This document shows, in pieces, positions 21,019 through 38,203 of a stretch of DNA of 64,000 bases. Numbering within the stretch: position 1 is the stretch's first letter; each line of letters begins with the position of its first letter. Origin of the DNA: Zygnema circumcarinatum SAG 698-1b (Eukaryota; Plantae; Zygnematophyceae); NCBI GenBank assembly GCA_037447605.1, contig CM074815.1, forward strand, positions 434,001 through 498,000, read 5' to 3'. The position numbers and the translations under genes were made by a program. The notes beneath the pieces are model-generated. The model ran no database searches, was not told the DNA's origin, and was given only the letters and a program-made list of their open reading frames with translations.

Positions 21019-24000
21019 ATGGCTCCGTCAGTCGTCGCAGCGTTGCTGTTTGCGTCAGCTCTCCTCAGTTCTCTCTCCTTTCTGCCCAAAGCCAATGCAG
21101 AAGGTTCATCCTGCATTACTGAATACAATCCAGATGCAAATTACTTTCCTTTTGGCTACAATTCATCTGATCCGTTCGCAATTCCGTTAGGACAAGCGAT
21201 TGTCAGTACATCGGAAAAGTTTTCCGTTCAATACAACAACAGTTACAAGATCGTCTATTCAGCGATCTCGCAATCCGTATACACCTTGTATCAGGTTGTC
21301 TCGACTTCCATAATCTATTTTTCCTGCAGATTCAAAGGTCGTTTCATTCTGTATCCGTGCTGAATGTTTTTGCTTTCAAAAGTTGTCAAAAGCTGGTAAA
21401 AGCTTGAACTTTGACGGTATTGCTTTTCAATGACTGTGGGAAAATTATATTTATTCCTTTTAATCGTTGCCTCTTTTCTTTCCTTTTCTCTGCAAACCAC
21501 AAGGTGAAGCTAAAAGTGGAATATGCTGAAAGAGAGCAGAATTTCAAGTATTTGAGTTGACTCTTTTATTGATGTACATTATTGAGTCGATGTCTTGTCT
21601 CACTATTCTCGTTTCCTCTGGTGACTTTTTTGAATGCAGTGTGGAACTCCTAAGCCGGTTGGCGTACCTTCTTCACTTCCCCCAATTGAGGTTCCGACGC
21701 CTTCAGTTGCGATTGATTCAACCATTATTCGTAAGTTTCTCACCTGAACTTTTCAAAGATGTATGTTTACAAATTGCAAAATGCGGGCAATATGCATTCC
21801 TCGCTTTCGTTGTGGTTATTTTTTTTTTTACCAAGTGCACTCTCTGCAGAGTAAGCATTCTGTACTGACATGTGCCAACTTGTGATTTGCCGCCTGGTTT
21901 GGTCTGAATTACATTCGACTCCCAGTTCCTTATTTTGAGGTACAATTTCGCCCTTGAGTGACTTCTCCTTGTTAGTCTCTCAATCCTCTGGCTTAACAAA
22001 TGATTGTCAACTGTCATTTCCTTTTTTCTTCGTGTACTCTCTGCATCATGAGAAGCTGCACATTTGCCCATGCATGACAATCAAATCTCTCTTCTCCTCT
22101 CGTTTGCACTCCCTCTCTCCCGTCCCCTCCCCTCTCTCTCCCCTCTCGACCCTCACCCTGTTCCCCTCACCCTTTGTTCCTCTCCCATCTTCCCCCTCCC
22201 CTCTCTCCCCCTCCTGTCCCTCCCTCCTTCCCCTCCTCCCCCTCCGCCTCCCCCTCCCTCTCCCTCCCTCTCCCTCCCTCTCCCTCCCTCCGCCGCCACA
22301 ACTTCCCTTAACGCTGTCCCTCTGCCTGCAGCTGCTCGGCCTCCTCCCCTTCCTCAGCGCTGCCGATAACAGTACCGTCACCCCTTATGCGACCTCTCCT
22401 TGTTTCCATAAATTGGTGGAGAACGGAACTATCGCCTCATATAACCTCTCCACCGGCTTCAACGGAACCGTCTTCACTGGGCTTGGAAATCCTGACTTTG
22501 TTCAGTTTGATGCGTCCTTAGACCCCGGCCCTCTTAAGGTGAACGGACTATACCATTTCCAAAATCTCTTGCTTTCTTTTCTTTGTTTGGGTGGGGTAGC
22601 CAGCAATTGCTCGCATGTATCTCTCCTATGGAATCTAAGTAAAATGTTGACCTCGGATCAATGTTGTGTGTACTCTGAGGTGGCAGCGCACAGAGTGGCT
22701 CAAATACCTCGCTGTCTTCTTCAACAAAGAAGCGGAAGCGACAATACTTTTCGACCAGGTGTGCCCTCCTTTCTCCATTTTCTTTTTGCACAAGTTTCTT
22801 TCGACTTTGTTCTCTTTTCGGTTTTCTGAAGGGGAAAACTGGGTGTGCAGATCACAGCAAACTACAAGTGTTTGAATGGAAGCAACAAACTTTCTCGAAA
22901 GCCTGTCGTTGCGTGGACTACTGCATACGAGGTAAGCTCAAACTTTGCAAGTCTTTTCATCTGTATATCTGTTCTCCTTCATCTCGTATCTTTACTTAAT
23001 GGTTGTCGATTTTTTCTGCGACTATGTTTTCATTATTAAACTTCATTATTCCAGTTGTCACTTTTTGTGTTCAACTTTCTCTGAACTGATCATGACATCG
23101 TCCTTTTCCCTTTCTTGAAACTGCAGGGCCTTTTCAATATCTCCAACGCCTCCTACAAGCTGCAGGTACATAAACTCAGTGTGCTCTACGGACTTAGGGT
23201 CTGAGTTATAGGAATCGGAATCTAACTATGGGTGTCAAATTACTAGAGCTGCCCCCACCAAATTGCTCACTTGCATGTATCCCGTAAAGATTAGGCCAAT
23301 CCTAGTGTCCAAAATGAGATAGAGCATGCCAAGAATAAGTGAGTTTTTGGGAATATCTATTTATATGTACCTCGCAAATGATGGCCCGCGGCAAGCCTTG
23401 ATTGGTTGCGCAGAACGCGCCAACGGTCACCGAGTCTCCTGACACAAGCCATTGCCATCCATAAATCTAACATGTAGAGGAGATGTTTAGGGAGAGAGGA
23501 GGGCTTTGAAGATGTGGGACCTTACTCACATGTATCCTCGAAAATGACTCCGTCCCTTTCGGGACTGGAATTTTATAATGAAGAATGCAAACTCTGTGTG
23601 TCGTAAGTTATGGCAAATATGATGTGTTTACTTCTTTTTTTGGGAACTCATTTTCTGTTGTCTGTCTTGTGTTGTTTCTGTAGCTTGTTCTTGATGCAGG
23701 AGGAGAGAATCTGGCCCCATCAGAGATGGCCTCTTTCAACGTATCTCTCCCAAGCGACGTTTCCACTCTCAAGTCAATTCTGAAGGTGAGAATGAAAAAG
23801 AAAAAAAAATTGGAATAATTTCTTCCCTTACCCCATCCCCCTCCCGTTTCTCCCTCTCGTCGTCTACCCACTGCTCGCTCCTCCCTCCCCTCCCCTCCCT
23901 CCGTCCCTCCCCCTCCCCCCGTCCCTCCCCCTCCTCTCTCTTCTACTCTCTCTTCCCCTCATCCTCCCTCCCTCGAAATCATTCTAATCCTCTGTGTCCA

Positions 24001-24963
24001 TGCAGAAAATCGATGTCCTCATAGATGAGAACTATGCCATGGACCCTTCCTCCTACAACTTGACAGACTTTGTCGCCTCCCTTGGAGATGCCTCAAGTTC
24101 AGATTACCCCTTCATGAGCAGCAAAAATGTGTGGAGAGACGACAGGCGCATTAAAGGAGACAGCCAGGGACTTGGTGCAGACCCTTCCTCCCTCCCTCCC
24201 TCCCTCCCTCCCTCCCTCCCTCCCTCCCTTCCTCCCTCGCACTTTCAGCCATGGATTCTGTGCCTGAAAGTCAAAACTGTAAATTTTCTGAGAAGTCAGA
24301 AGCTTTCCCAAAGCCTTAGCTAAACCCAGTAAGCTCGGAGAGCGCAAATTCTCGTTTTCTTGGGATGAGCATGCGGGCTGACATGGGCCAGCTCTGCCTG
24401 CAGATTGGTATGAGGGCTTCCTCCCTCAGCCTCAGATCGCCCTTCAGGAGATGCTTGCCATAGTGAACCCCAAGGTCACTCGTCGCGCCTACTTTTTCCG
24501 CAACATTGCAGCGGTAAGAAGCCGTCCCTCCATTGCCCTACCCTCCCTCCCTCTCTCCATCTAGTATGGGTAATGAAACGATTAGAATGATTATTGCTCT
24601 CCCTCGTTTGGTCCACCTCTTCATCCTCCTGCATTCAAGATCCTTCCTCTACATTCCCGTGCAAATGCCCGTCACTCTGCTGTTGTGCTCCGTATTCCCA
24701 AACCCTAAATTTGCTGTAGGCCTTAAGATTGCTGTAGACCTTAAGAACCCTAACTGGCCTGATCTATGCTACGCCTTGGGGGAGTGCAGGGAGAAGGTGT
24801 GGTGAAACTGACCTCTGTCGATTGTACGCGAGACCCCACAACTGCTCTCTCTCCCACTCTCTTTGCCTGCCCAGTGGACACCAGCGCAGCTCCCTCTTCC
24901 TCTCCCTCCATCACTCTCTCCCTCCTCCTCAGCTTACTATTGGTTTTCGCCCTTCTCCTCTAA
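21019..24963 (+). CDS. CBA1: CBA1-like cobalamin acquisition / periplasmic-binding-fold protein with a signal peptide and a C-terminal hydrophobic (TM or GPI) tail
   Basis: Eleven in-phase exons: 21019-21294, 21640-21730, 21926-21939, 22332-22538, 22687-22758, 22851-22931, 23127-23165, 23684-23785, 24006-24174, 24404-24513 and 24790-24963. Motifs include CITEYNPDANYFP, FSVQYNNSYKIV, YTLYQCGTP, RTEWLKYLAVFFNKEAEA, IDVLIDE, DWYE and FFRNIA, which are typical of the algal CBA1 family as I recall it. Confidence 0.78.
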
Positions 24964-25669
24964 GAGGAGCTTTTTAGGAGGGTTTCATAGGAGCGCCCTA
25001 ATAAAAAGATTCAGGGTGCGCTACAAATGGGTATAGTTTTTGGACCAGTTTTGAGAGAGTTCTCTGCAATATTTAGGGTTCAGGGAGGGCTTTGAGTTTA
25101 GGAAGGATTCAGAGCCGGGGTCTGTGCAGACATTCCCATGCGCGTCGCACCCATCCCTTCGGAACAACTTGAACAGAATATTTTGAGGCGGCTTTTTTGT
25201 TCTAAATTATTTTTTTGCGAACACATGTATTTTCCACCATTTTGGTGTATCCTCTGCATAGCTCCATGCATGCAACCTTGGGAGAACCCGAGAAAATCTG
25301 TCCCATAGGTTCTTATTTACAACAGCCCAGAGAGAGGAGAGAGGGAGGGAGGGAGGAGAAAGGGAGTGGGAGGCAAGAGGAGAGAGAGGAGAGGGAGGAG
25401 AGACGAGGGGATCCTGGGGGAAAATAACAGTGAGTCATGCAAAGCACTGAAAACACGAAGCTGCTCTTATTACAGATTGTGCATTACAGCTCTCGCAGAG
25501 CAGGCCATCAATCCAACGACAAATTATAAACATACTCTCACCCTCCCCCTCTCCCTCTCCAACTCCCTCTCTCTCTCCCCCCTCTCCCTCCCTCTCTCTC
25601 ATTCTTTCTCTCTCTCTCTCTCTCCCTCTCTCTCTCTCTCTCTCGTCTAACAACAAACCCTATAACCGC

Positions 25670-29362
<3,693 letters not shown>

Positions 29363-31232
29363 TATCGAGGGGTCTGGGTTGATTCCTCGAACACTCGTGG
29401 GTATATTACAGGGCTCTCTAGGGTTCTTGAATTTTCTCAGTCTTTAGGGTTTCTGAGGTTTCCCAGGGATTTAGGGTTAACCGGAGCTACAGATATTTCA
29501 AGGTTTTTAGGCCTTTTAGGCCTAAAAGAGTGCACAGCCCTATGGGATTCCTTCCTGTCGAGGAGGAGCCATGGCGGGGTGTAGGCCATGGGGGATGCAT
29601 GAATGTGATGGATGTGATGTCATGTGATGCATAGGATGGCCGGATGTCGATGTGGCGTTTACCATGGCATGGCATGTCATCGCCGATCCATGCTCTTTCC
29701 CTGCATAACTGTGTTCAGTTGAACTGTGCTGCGAACTGTTAGGACAGAGTGGCGACACATGTGGGCCATCTATGCAACACCAGAAAGACAGTTGTAGAGA
29801 ACCTTCCAATAGAAGCTCGCCACGTGTGCAAAAAGTCTGCTGGGGATCGCATTGCAAGGTGCGTAGCTCGCAAAATACGGAGAGAGAGAATTGGCATTGA
29901 TCTCACGCATGGCGAGGCCATCACATGACCATGCAAAACGACAACAACATGGGGAAGAGAACCACGAGGAACCGCTCAAAAGGACCTAAGGTCAAATGAG
30001 AAGAGCTATGAGCTCAAATGAACTATGAGAGGGAGGCCATGAGCGGAACTTTGCTTCTAGGCCCAACAACAACAACACGGCTCTAGCAGTAGCGGCGAAG
30101 GTTGCCAATGTGGGGCCCATTCCTTGGAGGGAGAGGCGGAAGGGGCGCGTCAAATGAGGGTGGAAAGGAATTCATGGTACCATGCCAAGCCATGGGCCCA
30201 TGGGCCATGGCCCATGCCGACTGAAGGACTGATACGCACCGACACGATCCATTGAAGGTACGACCAATAACATGCCCCACGTCCACGAGAACAGGACTAT
30301 AAGCCCCACAGAACCTCATCAGCCCAAGTACAATAAGGATGGCGCTCCCAAGCATAACCCAAAAGGGCGGTGGTGCTCCCCATCCTGAACCCTAACACCC
30401 TACAAGGCCCAAGCACTGCGGAAACCCCTCTCTCAAACCTCGGTTCCAATCAGACTACAAACTGTACATCGAGTATTCCTCTCTGTACTATACGTAGCAA
30501 CTGTAGAGACCTCCACCCTTCACCAGAAAGCGGCTCCGATCTGTAAATTAAGTTATCGGTTCTACAAATTTAAAAATAGCAAAAAATGCATGTGCTTAAA
30601 TTTTCAAAATCGATTAAGAGCCCCGTAATATCCCCTAAAGACCTACAGCTCCCAATCGAAAGATGGTTGGTGAACACACCACATAGGCGCATAGAACCCT
30701 TTCTATGTACATCACATCCGTAGAGGATCCGCTCGTCTCCTCATGTCCACCTTCCTCTCTTTCTCTCTCTCTCTCCCTCCCTCTCTCTCACTCTCTCTCT
30801 CTCTCTCTGCCCCCTGCCTCCCCACTTGCTTCGCATCTCTGAAGTCGATCCTCCTTCCTCTGCGAAGATTGTCGGGCGGAGTTCAACTGCAGTTCCTCAG
30901 AAATCCCCGCCCCTTTCCTTTACCTCCCTCTCTCCCCCTCTTCCGCCCCGACCGAATGAAACGCCCTTTGCCTGCGTCAGAAAATCGACAACTATAGTTC
31001 TCTACTCTACGCGTTATTAGAGTCCCAGAGAGACTCTACCATATGGGCTACGGAGGCGCTTATTGGTCCTTACCAGGACACATAAGAAAGGAAATCAAAC
31101 CCATACAAGGCCTCCTAGCAGAAGGGTTATGAGAGCTAGTTATAGTAACATAAACCAAAAAGACGCTCAACTAATTTACATTTATATCCCTTCGGCTCGA
31201 CTTCAGAGACTATCCCACTCACAAACCAAGAA

Positions 31233-34200
31233 TCACGCATAGATCCTCAGTACACTAACTATCTTGGCCCTACATATTGGACATAACTTAATCACGCGAG
31301 ACACTTCTTCCAAGCACATATGGCAGCTTGTCATATGGCCACACGGCACACATGCGGCATCAACGGGATTAGTGTAACAGATAGAGCATTCCGTAGTGGG
31401 AATCTCTGCGGGTCTATGTTGCTGAGACGAGTTTGACGGACGCTGCAAAGTCCCATTTGGAGAAGTTCCTTCAGCACAAACTTGACCATTAGTGGAGCTT
31501 GGCGGATGAAGGAAAGGGGAAGTAGGGGTGCATGGTGAGGGCTCCGAGCTTGAACCATTATCAGGGGCTGATGTGGGAACTCCATTACTGTGGGCCCATG
31601 CGAGGGATTGAGAAATGGCAAGGGCCAAAGCTGCATCGTCATCTAAGGACTGAACGTATGCGACTTCCAATGGCGGTTCAGCGAGACGGGAGTGAAGGAG
31701 GTGGTCTGGTGGACCGCGCTGAGTCGGTGGTGGGGAAAATAGGACATCTTGTGGGCGAGCTTGAGAGTCCTGCAGGAAATGCAAGTCAGGGAATAAACAT
31801 ATGAGCAATGAAGAGCAGGTAGATGGTGGGGGGTTGCGGTGGAGGGAAGGCGAAGGAGGAAGGGAGGGAGGGAGGGAGGGAGGGAGGGAGAGAGGGAGGG
31901 GAGTGGGTGCGGAGGACAGAGTGGGAGAGGGAAAGTGGGAGTGCGGGCGAGGGGAGGAGAGGGGGTGTTGGAGGGGGAGGGGAAGGAGGGGGGGGGGGGG
32001 AAGCAAAAGGGAAGCAGATCTCTGTTGTTTGTTGAACGAAAGCTGCGGCCACTGACCTGGAAGCACGCGCTATTTAATGCAGCGCCGAATGCAGATGCAG
32101 AGACTGCCTTGGCTACTTTTCCAGAATGTAAGTTCCACTGTTCATCTGCGAGAATATGCCACAGCATATCAGCTTCCAGCAATGAATCGATCAACTAGAA
32201 AAAAAACAACATTCATCTCTGATATTTTTCGCTACCTACCTAGTGGTGCGTTCCAATTCATAACAAAATCTGCTGCAGAGGTCAAGTTTTTGAAGCAGCT
32301 CTTTACTAGCATTTCTGCTTTAGACAGTGCCATTAGTGTACACCAAGCAGATTATGCTTAAGATTTTTGGAAAACTTTTAGTTTCTGAGAAGACAAGGAG
32401 CTCTACAGCTGAACGGGTCTAAGTTCCCGAACTTACCACGAACATCGTCGGTGAGGACAAGAAAATGTGAAATATTGAAAACCCCCTTCTCTTCATAACT
32501 GTATCGAACATTATTCGTAGTACGGTCAATCAGCATCTGCTCGGAAGGTGTTCCGTCCTGAACGTGGGCAAAAAATGTATTAAAAAGGGTAAAGGAAGTA
32601 GACGAGAGTAGACAACTCTGTAGAGGAAAAGAGAACAGAAATGAGTCTCATTAATATGCATGGAGGCTGCAGTTCCTATCCCAATATCTAATCTGCTCTC
32701 AGTTCCAGTATCCACCAGTTAGGCTTCCGTCCACAAGAGGGGGTAGGGAGGAGAGAGGGAGAGCGAAAGGAGAACCCAGGAAAGGAATAATTTCAACAAA
32801 CCATACGTGACACGGGAGGAGAATCCAAGAACAGCACAACATAATAGAATAGAATAGGGTAGAATAGGATCGCGTAGGGTTTTAATGGTTTTTACACACA
32901 TCAAGTGACTTGTAGGCCAACAATTGGAAGTGGTCAGTTGCTGAACGTTCCTTCCATGGCATCAATACTATCCACCGTCTGTTCCCCCTCTCAACTTCAC
33001 CGGTTATTTCAGCCATGTCAGGCCTATATCAAATACACAATAATGTCAAATAACCTCCAAGAGCCCTTACGGAGAAGGAGAGGGGCTGGAATCTCACCGG
33101 AAGTATCACTGAAATGGAAAAGGGAAATACCGGAATAGAAACGAAAAAACAAGCCAAAAAGAAAAAGCTCACTCGTGCTTGACCGGAGACATGTACATCC
33201 TTGGAAACTGACAGCGCATCCATCCAGCAATTAAGCTGACAAATTCCTACAGCCAAGAAAAGTCCATCCGATCTTTAGAAAAACAAGAAAAGTTTCCATG
33301 CTTCAGCTGTGTGAGAGACACGCAGATCCTTCAATTGCAGAGTAGCAAAGTTGTGACGAAATGAACACGTCTCCTTGCCCTTAAAAAACATTCAATTACG
33401 GAAAAGTAAGCAAAAACTCTCTCTACCATACCTCGAGGACTCGAATCGTAGGAGCATATTCCATCGACAAGGCCAATTCCACAGGCGACGTGGAGACTTC
33501 CTGATTGATGTGAGCCCAGGGGTCGGCTGGAGAAAGACAAACCCCCCTTTTTCAAAATAGAGAACACTTGGCTAGTCTATGAACGGCCTCAAACTTCCCT
33601 GTACGGAAAGGGGCGGGGAGGGAGGAAGNNNNNNNNNNGGAGGGAGGGAGGGAGGGAGGGAGAGAGGGAGGCATGGCGGGAAAGAGGAGGGAGGGAGGGA
33701 AAGAGGAAGGGATGGAGGGAGAGGGAGGGAGGGGCCAGAGGTAGGTAAACCTCACTACAACTGCAGAATAATGTCTCCATGGAATCGAATTCATATAATT
33801 CTCACACGGAGGCGGGAATTTAATGCTCACTTCCACTTGGAGAACACATGACTCAAAGTAACGAGTCTCCCTTACATAACTCACCTCCATAAATAAGCAA
33901 TAGACGAACTATTCTGTCCTTTTTGGCGGTAATCGCACAGTGCAGTGCTGTCCCCCACTCCTTCCCTGTGTAGTCAAGACGTTTTACACAACCAAATTGA
34001 TTTCATGTGTGAAGTCGGAACAGAACCTGAGCTTTGGTACAAATACAGTGAGTCCTTCGGGGCAACAAATCAGTCAAATGGGTGACAATCCTCACATAAT
34101 CGGTTGTCTTTTTCGACTCATACAACATCCAACCCAAAGGGAAACCACATAGATAAAAATATTGCAGCATGAATAGCCGAAGCGGACGATGATAATTAAG

Positions 34201-35198
34201 GACGGAAAATGGAGAGATAAACTTTGTAAGAAAATATGAAAAAGGAAAAGGAACAGAAAATTCTCTGTTTGTGATGCAAGATGCAGCCAGAGTTTCCCTG
34301 AACAACCTCAGCCTTGTTGATCTGAGCGAGGTAAAAAATGGCGAATACCTTGTGAATGATTCGGGCAAGCGCCAAACTCAAGCAATGTGTCGACGAGCTC
34401 CTCCCGACCCTCCTTGGTGCACGCGAGTGTGAGCGCAGTGTGGCCCTCGTCATTGGTGAACTGCAACGCAGACATACAGAAAGGATGTACTATGGAGTAT
34501 GTTGCAAGTGAATCTGATATATGGGTGGATCAAAATTTTGTCGCGAAACTTATAAATGATTTGTCTTTGTTGATTAATTAAAAATTTTGCAAGTGAATGT
34601 GATGTATTGTGGAGTAGGTTGAAAGTGAATGTGCAGAGAAGGGAAAAGGTTTGTAAACACGCAGGCAACGCAAGGGACGGAAGTATTGCGATGTGAGGTT
34701 GACCCAAAATGATGTGAAATGTTTGGAGGTGCATCACCAGCAAGTCGAGAGGCAGCTTCAGGAAGACAGGACCTCACTTGCATTGAAAAAAATTGTTAAG
34801 TTTGAAAATCTAAATGTCCTCTGCCTTGATGATAAATGATTGCATCAACACAAGGAACAGCTGATTAACAATTAACCTTCTATTGTTGCTGCAAATCGCT
34901 CCAAATAAGTTCAGAACATTTTCAAGCGCCGTAAGAAAGTTCAAAGGAACTCATATGCCACCATCAGCAGCAGCCTGTAAAATCAGATTAAACTAAAAGA
35001 CTACGAACTCTACAAGGACATATCAGCACAGTCTTGAGAATGCTGAAGCCGTGCTGAATTCAGAATGCTGACCTCCGTGGAAGCGCCTTGCTCGCCAAGC
35101 TCTCTGACAGCACTGATGTTGCCGATCTCTGCAGCCAAAAAGAGCAGCCTGTCGGTCGGAACCGACTCGGCCTGGACAATAGGCAGCCTCTTCGCCAT
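31233..35198 (-). CDS. XBAT35-like ankyrin-repeat C3HC4 RING E3 ligase, diverged paralogue A
   Basis: Ankyrin exons 35198-35073, 34460-34349, 33965-33885 and 33526-33432. Middle exons include 33246-33173 (AGWMR), a WIVLMP exon and 32194-32057. The last exon, 31769-31233, has DDDAALALAISQSL and the RING CSICYTNPVDAACVPCGHMTSCHMC...CPICR. Some middle exons at 32250-32720 are unresolved. Confidence 0.8.
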
Positions 35199-37256
35199 GG
35201 ACGGAGATTCAAGCTTCAAACCAATTTTCCTGGTTTCCCTGCAACAAGCTTGAAAGCTTCAAACCTTCCCTCCAAGATTCCTGGTTTCCCTGCTTCCAAC
35301 CCTCCTCTCCAAGTTCCAAGTTCCAAGTTCCAAGTTCCAAGGTTTCCCTGCTTGAAAGGCTCCAAATGGCTCTCCAAATTTTTCTTTTTCCCTGCTTGTA
35401 GCTTTCAAGCCTCCTCTCCAACTTCTAAGCTCCAAGGCTTTCCTGCACGAAGGCAGTTCCTGCTCCTGCACGAGCAGGCTTCCTTCTGGACGGAGCGCTT
35501 GCAGGGAGGGCTCCCGTTTTCAAGGTCAACGGCGACGTACGGACGTGATTTTTTATCCTTTTTTAAATTTACTTTGCGTCTTTCGACATTTCGGCTTTAG
35601 AGAAGGAATTGACGAACCAGAAATCTGACCAATGAAACGTCGTCACGTACACTACAATTTTAGAAATTGTCTAGATAGGAAATTCCATTTGCAAAATGAG
35701 AGCAAACTAGTTTTCAGAAACTAGTTTGTCTCCAAAAACCTGTCTTGGCTGCTGCCCGAAGATTGACAAACAGCCCGAACCAAAAAACAAATTCCAAATA
35801 CCAGCACGCATTGCTATCTTGACCTCTACGTTTTATTTGTCGGTGCCGTACATCTCTCGTACGTGCGGGTCTTGGTTTCGTACTGTCGTCAATCTTAACG
35901 GCGAACCATTAGTCGCCACGTGTTATCATAAAAGACAAAAACTGTACAATATTGTACGAACCGTACAGGAACGCGCCCGCGCCGCTTTGCATAACGCGGT
36001 TGGTCGGTGCTCACGATTATCAACTTTCAACGATTCGTACACTTTCAGTAACGCCAGTAACCGTGTCTGTACGAAAACCGCTTCGCCAACAGATTCAGTT
36101 CGACACTCGGGACAAAACGCGGGGCAGCGGCGGCGCATGGCAGTGGCACGAAGCTTCCTCGAAACTGCAGCATTTGACTAGTCATGATGTTCCATGTCCA
36201 ATATAGCCATCAAACGTGAATTTCCTGAACTGGCTGCATGTAACGAGCTGTCACCAATGGGATTGCAGCTGCTGTTGTCAAATTGGGCACATTTCCTGTC
36301 CATGTAAATGGTTGAACTGAACGCATTTGTAGAATGGCATGTAGTCTTTTCGAGCTTGCCATTGTTGAAAACGCAGAAAGCTTCAGAGCTTGAAGGAGAC
36401 AGTTGGCAGCCATGGCTGCCGCCTGTTAAAGCAGGCTCAAGCCCTGGGAGTCTCTGAAAGCTTCAAAACCCTAATTCGTGGAAGCCTTTCAAAAGGTTTA
36501 TCAGTGAGAGACTTTTTTTTCCTTCTCTTCTTCTTATCGTTTGAACGAGGAGCACGCCAGGAACCCTGAATCTGCAAGGCGAGCTGCTGCTTGCGAGGAG
36601 AGGAGAAAAGAAAAAGTGTAGGTTTTTTCCAAGCGCTTGTTTCTGACGTTTTGTGGTTCTTGAAAGAAGTATTAGGTTGGCTTGCTTTTTCATCCGAGAG
36701 TGAGGGAAGGAAGGAGGGAGGAGGGAAGTAGGGAGGGAGGCAGGGAGGGAGAGGAAGAGAGGGAAGGAGGGAGAGAGGGAGGGAGAGAGGGAGGGAGGGA
36801 GGGAGGAAGGAGGGAGGGAGGAAGGGAGGGAGGGAGGGAGGGAGAGAGAGAGGTTAAGAGACTGTGAGGGAGAAGGACGGGGAGTAGGGTGGTTGCAAAG
36901 GAGGAGTTGAGGGTGAAAAGAAAAGGAAAGGGAGGTATGAAGAGAGTAAAGGAGGAGGAGGAAGGTGTGGAGGTGCCTGTAACAGCAAGAAGTGGAGAAG
37001 GGGTGTCAGCGGGAGGCATGAAGGGAAGAGGATGGCGATAGATGTAGGAGGAGGAGTAGGATAAGCTTTCTCTTCTTATTGCCTAGTTTGGGTCTCCTTA
37101 TGAGACTCACACAAGGTGAACATCATCTTTACAGAGCATGTATATGTACAAGTATACGTATGCATGTACATGTATACATACATGTTTGTATGTATTCTCA
37201 ATATATCGCTTTGGATGTGTTTGGTGATGCTGCAGGTGCTGCCAGCGTCAGGCGTG

Positions 37257-38157
37257 ATGGGGTTGGGGGCGTCCAAGGAGGAGCAGGTGTTTCTCGCCAC
37301 TCAGAAGGGCGACGTGAGCTCTATCAGAGCTCTCCGAACTGAGGGAGCCTCTCTGGAAGTGAGCACGTCACCTTGGACTCACCGACAGTTGGCCCTATTT
37401 TTTTTCAATTTTTATTTTATTTAGCATTTTCAGTTCTGTGTCTCACTACCATAGGATACATCACAGGACGCCTCTATGAGAATAGAGGTGCGGACCGAGT
37501 ATTTATACTCGTAGAGGGGTTTATTTCCTTAGAGGCAGTGTCAGCTGAACCCCTCGTAGTAAATGACTTCGTTGAAAAGCGGAAACGTTGCCGTAGTGCG
37601 GGATTCCATCTTTTCCTCCCTTAATGAATGAAAAACAAAGAAATATAGGTTTTTTTTTTGTAAGTTGGAGTTTGAGCATCGAGTCTGTCCAAAGGATTTT
37701 GTTCTTTTGCATTTTACAATTTCTCGTTAACATCGTTTGCCAAAGATTGAACCATTTCTTTTGGATTGGGCTTGAAAACAGTGGAAAAGTAAAGCCTAAA
37801 ATGCAAAAACAGGTATACGCAGCATAGCAGACAGGGGAAAACCTTGGAGCTAGTGACCATCGGATTTGGAGTTGGATGCTTTCAGTTCGTAATGTAGCTT
37901 CCAAGGAACGGTAGGTAGAGGAGCTAGCTAACTAACTAACCAACTAACTAACTAACTAACTAACTGTGACTAACTTTGCTCTTGTTTGTTATCGGCTCCC
38001 TTTTGCTTGCAGTGGAAAGATCCGAAGGGGCGGACTCCCCTCATTGTTGCGTGCAGTCATCCGGAGCTCTATGATGCCGCCGCCACTCTCCTCCAATTGG
38101 GGGCCAACATTCGGGCGTATCGGCCTGGTGAGTCGGTCTCTCTCACGAATAACCTCC

Positions 38158-38203
<46 letters not shown>

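Noticed and set aside
29480-30420. Possible retroelement remnant or LTR
   Set aside because: I found no TG...CA pair, PBS, PPT or RT/integrase motifs. A repeat-library search is needed.
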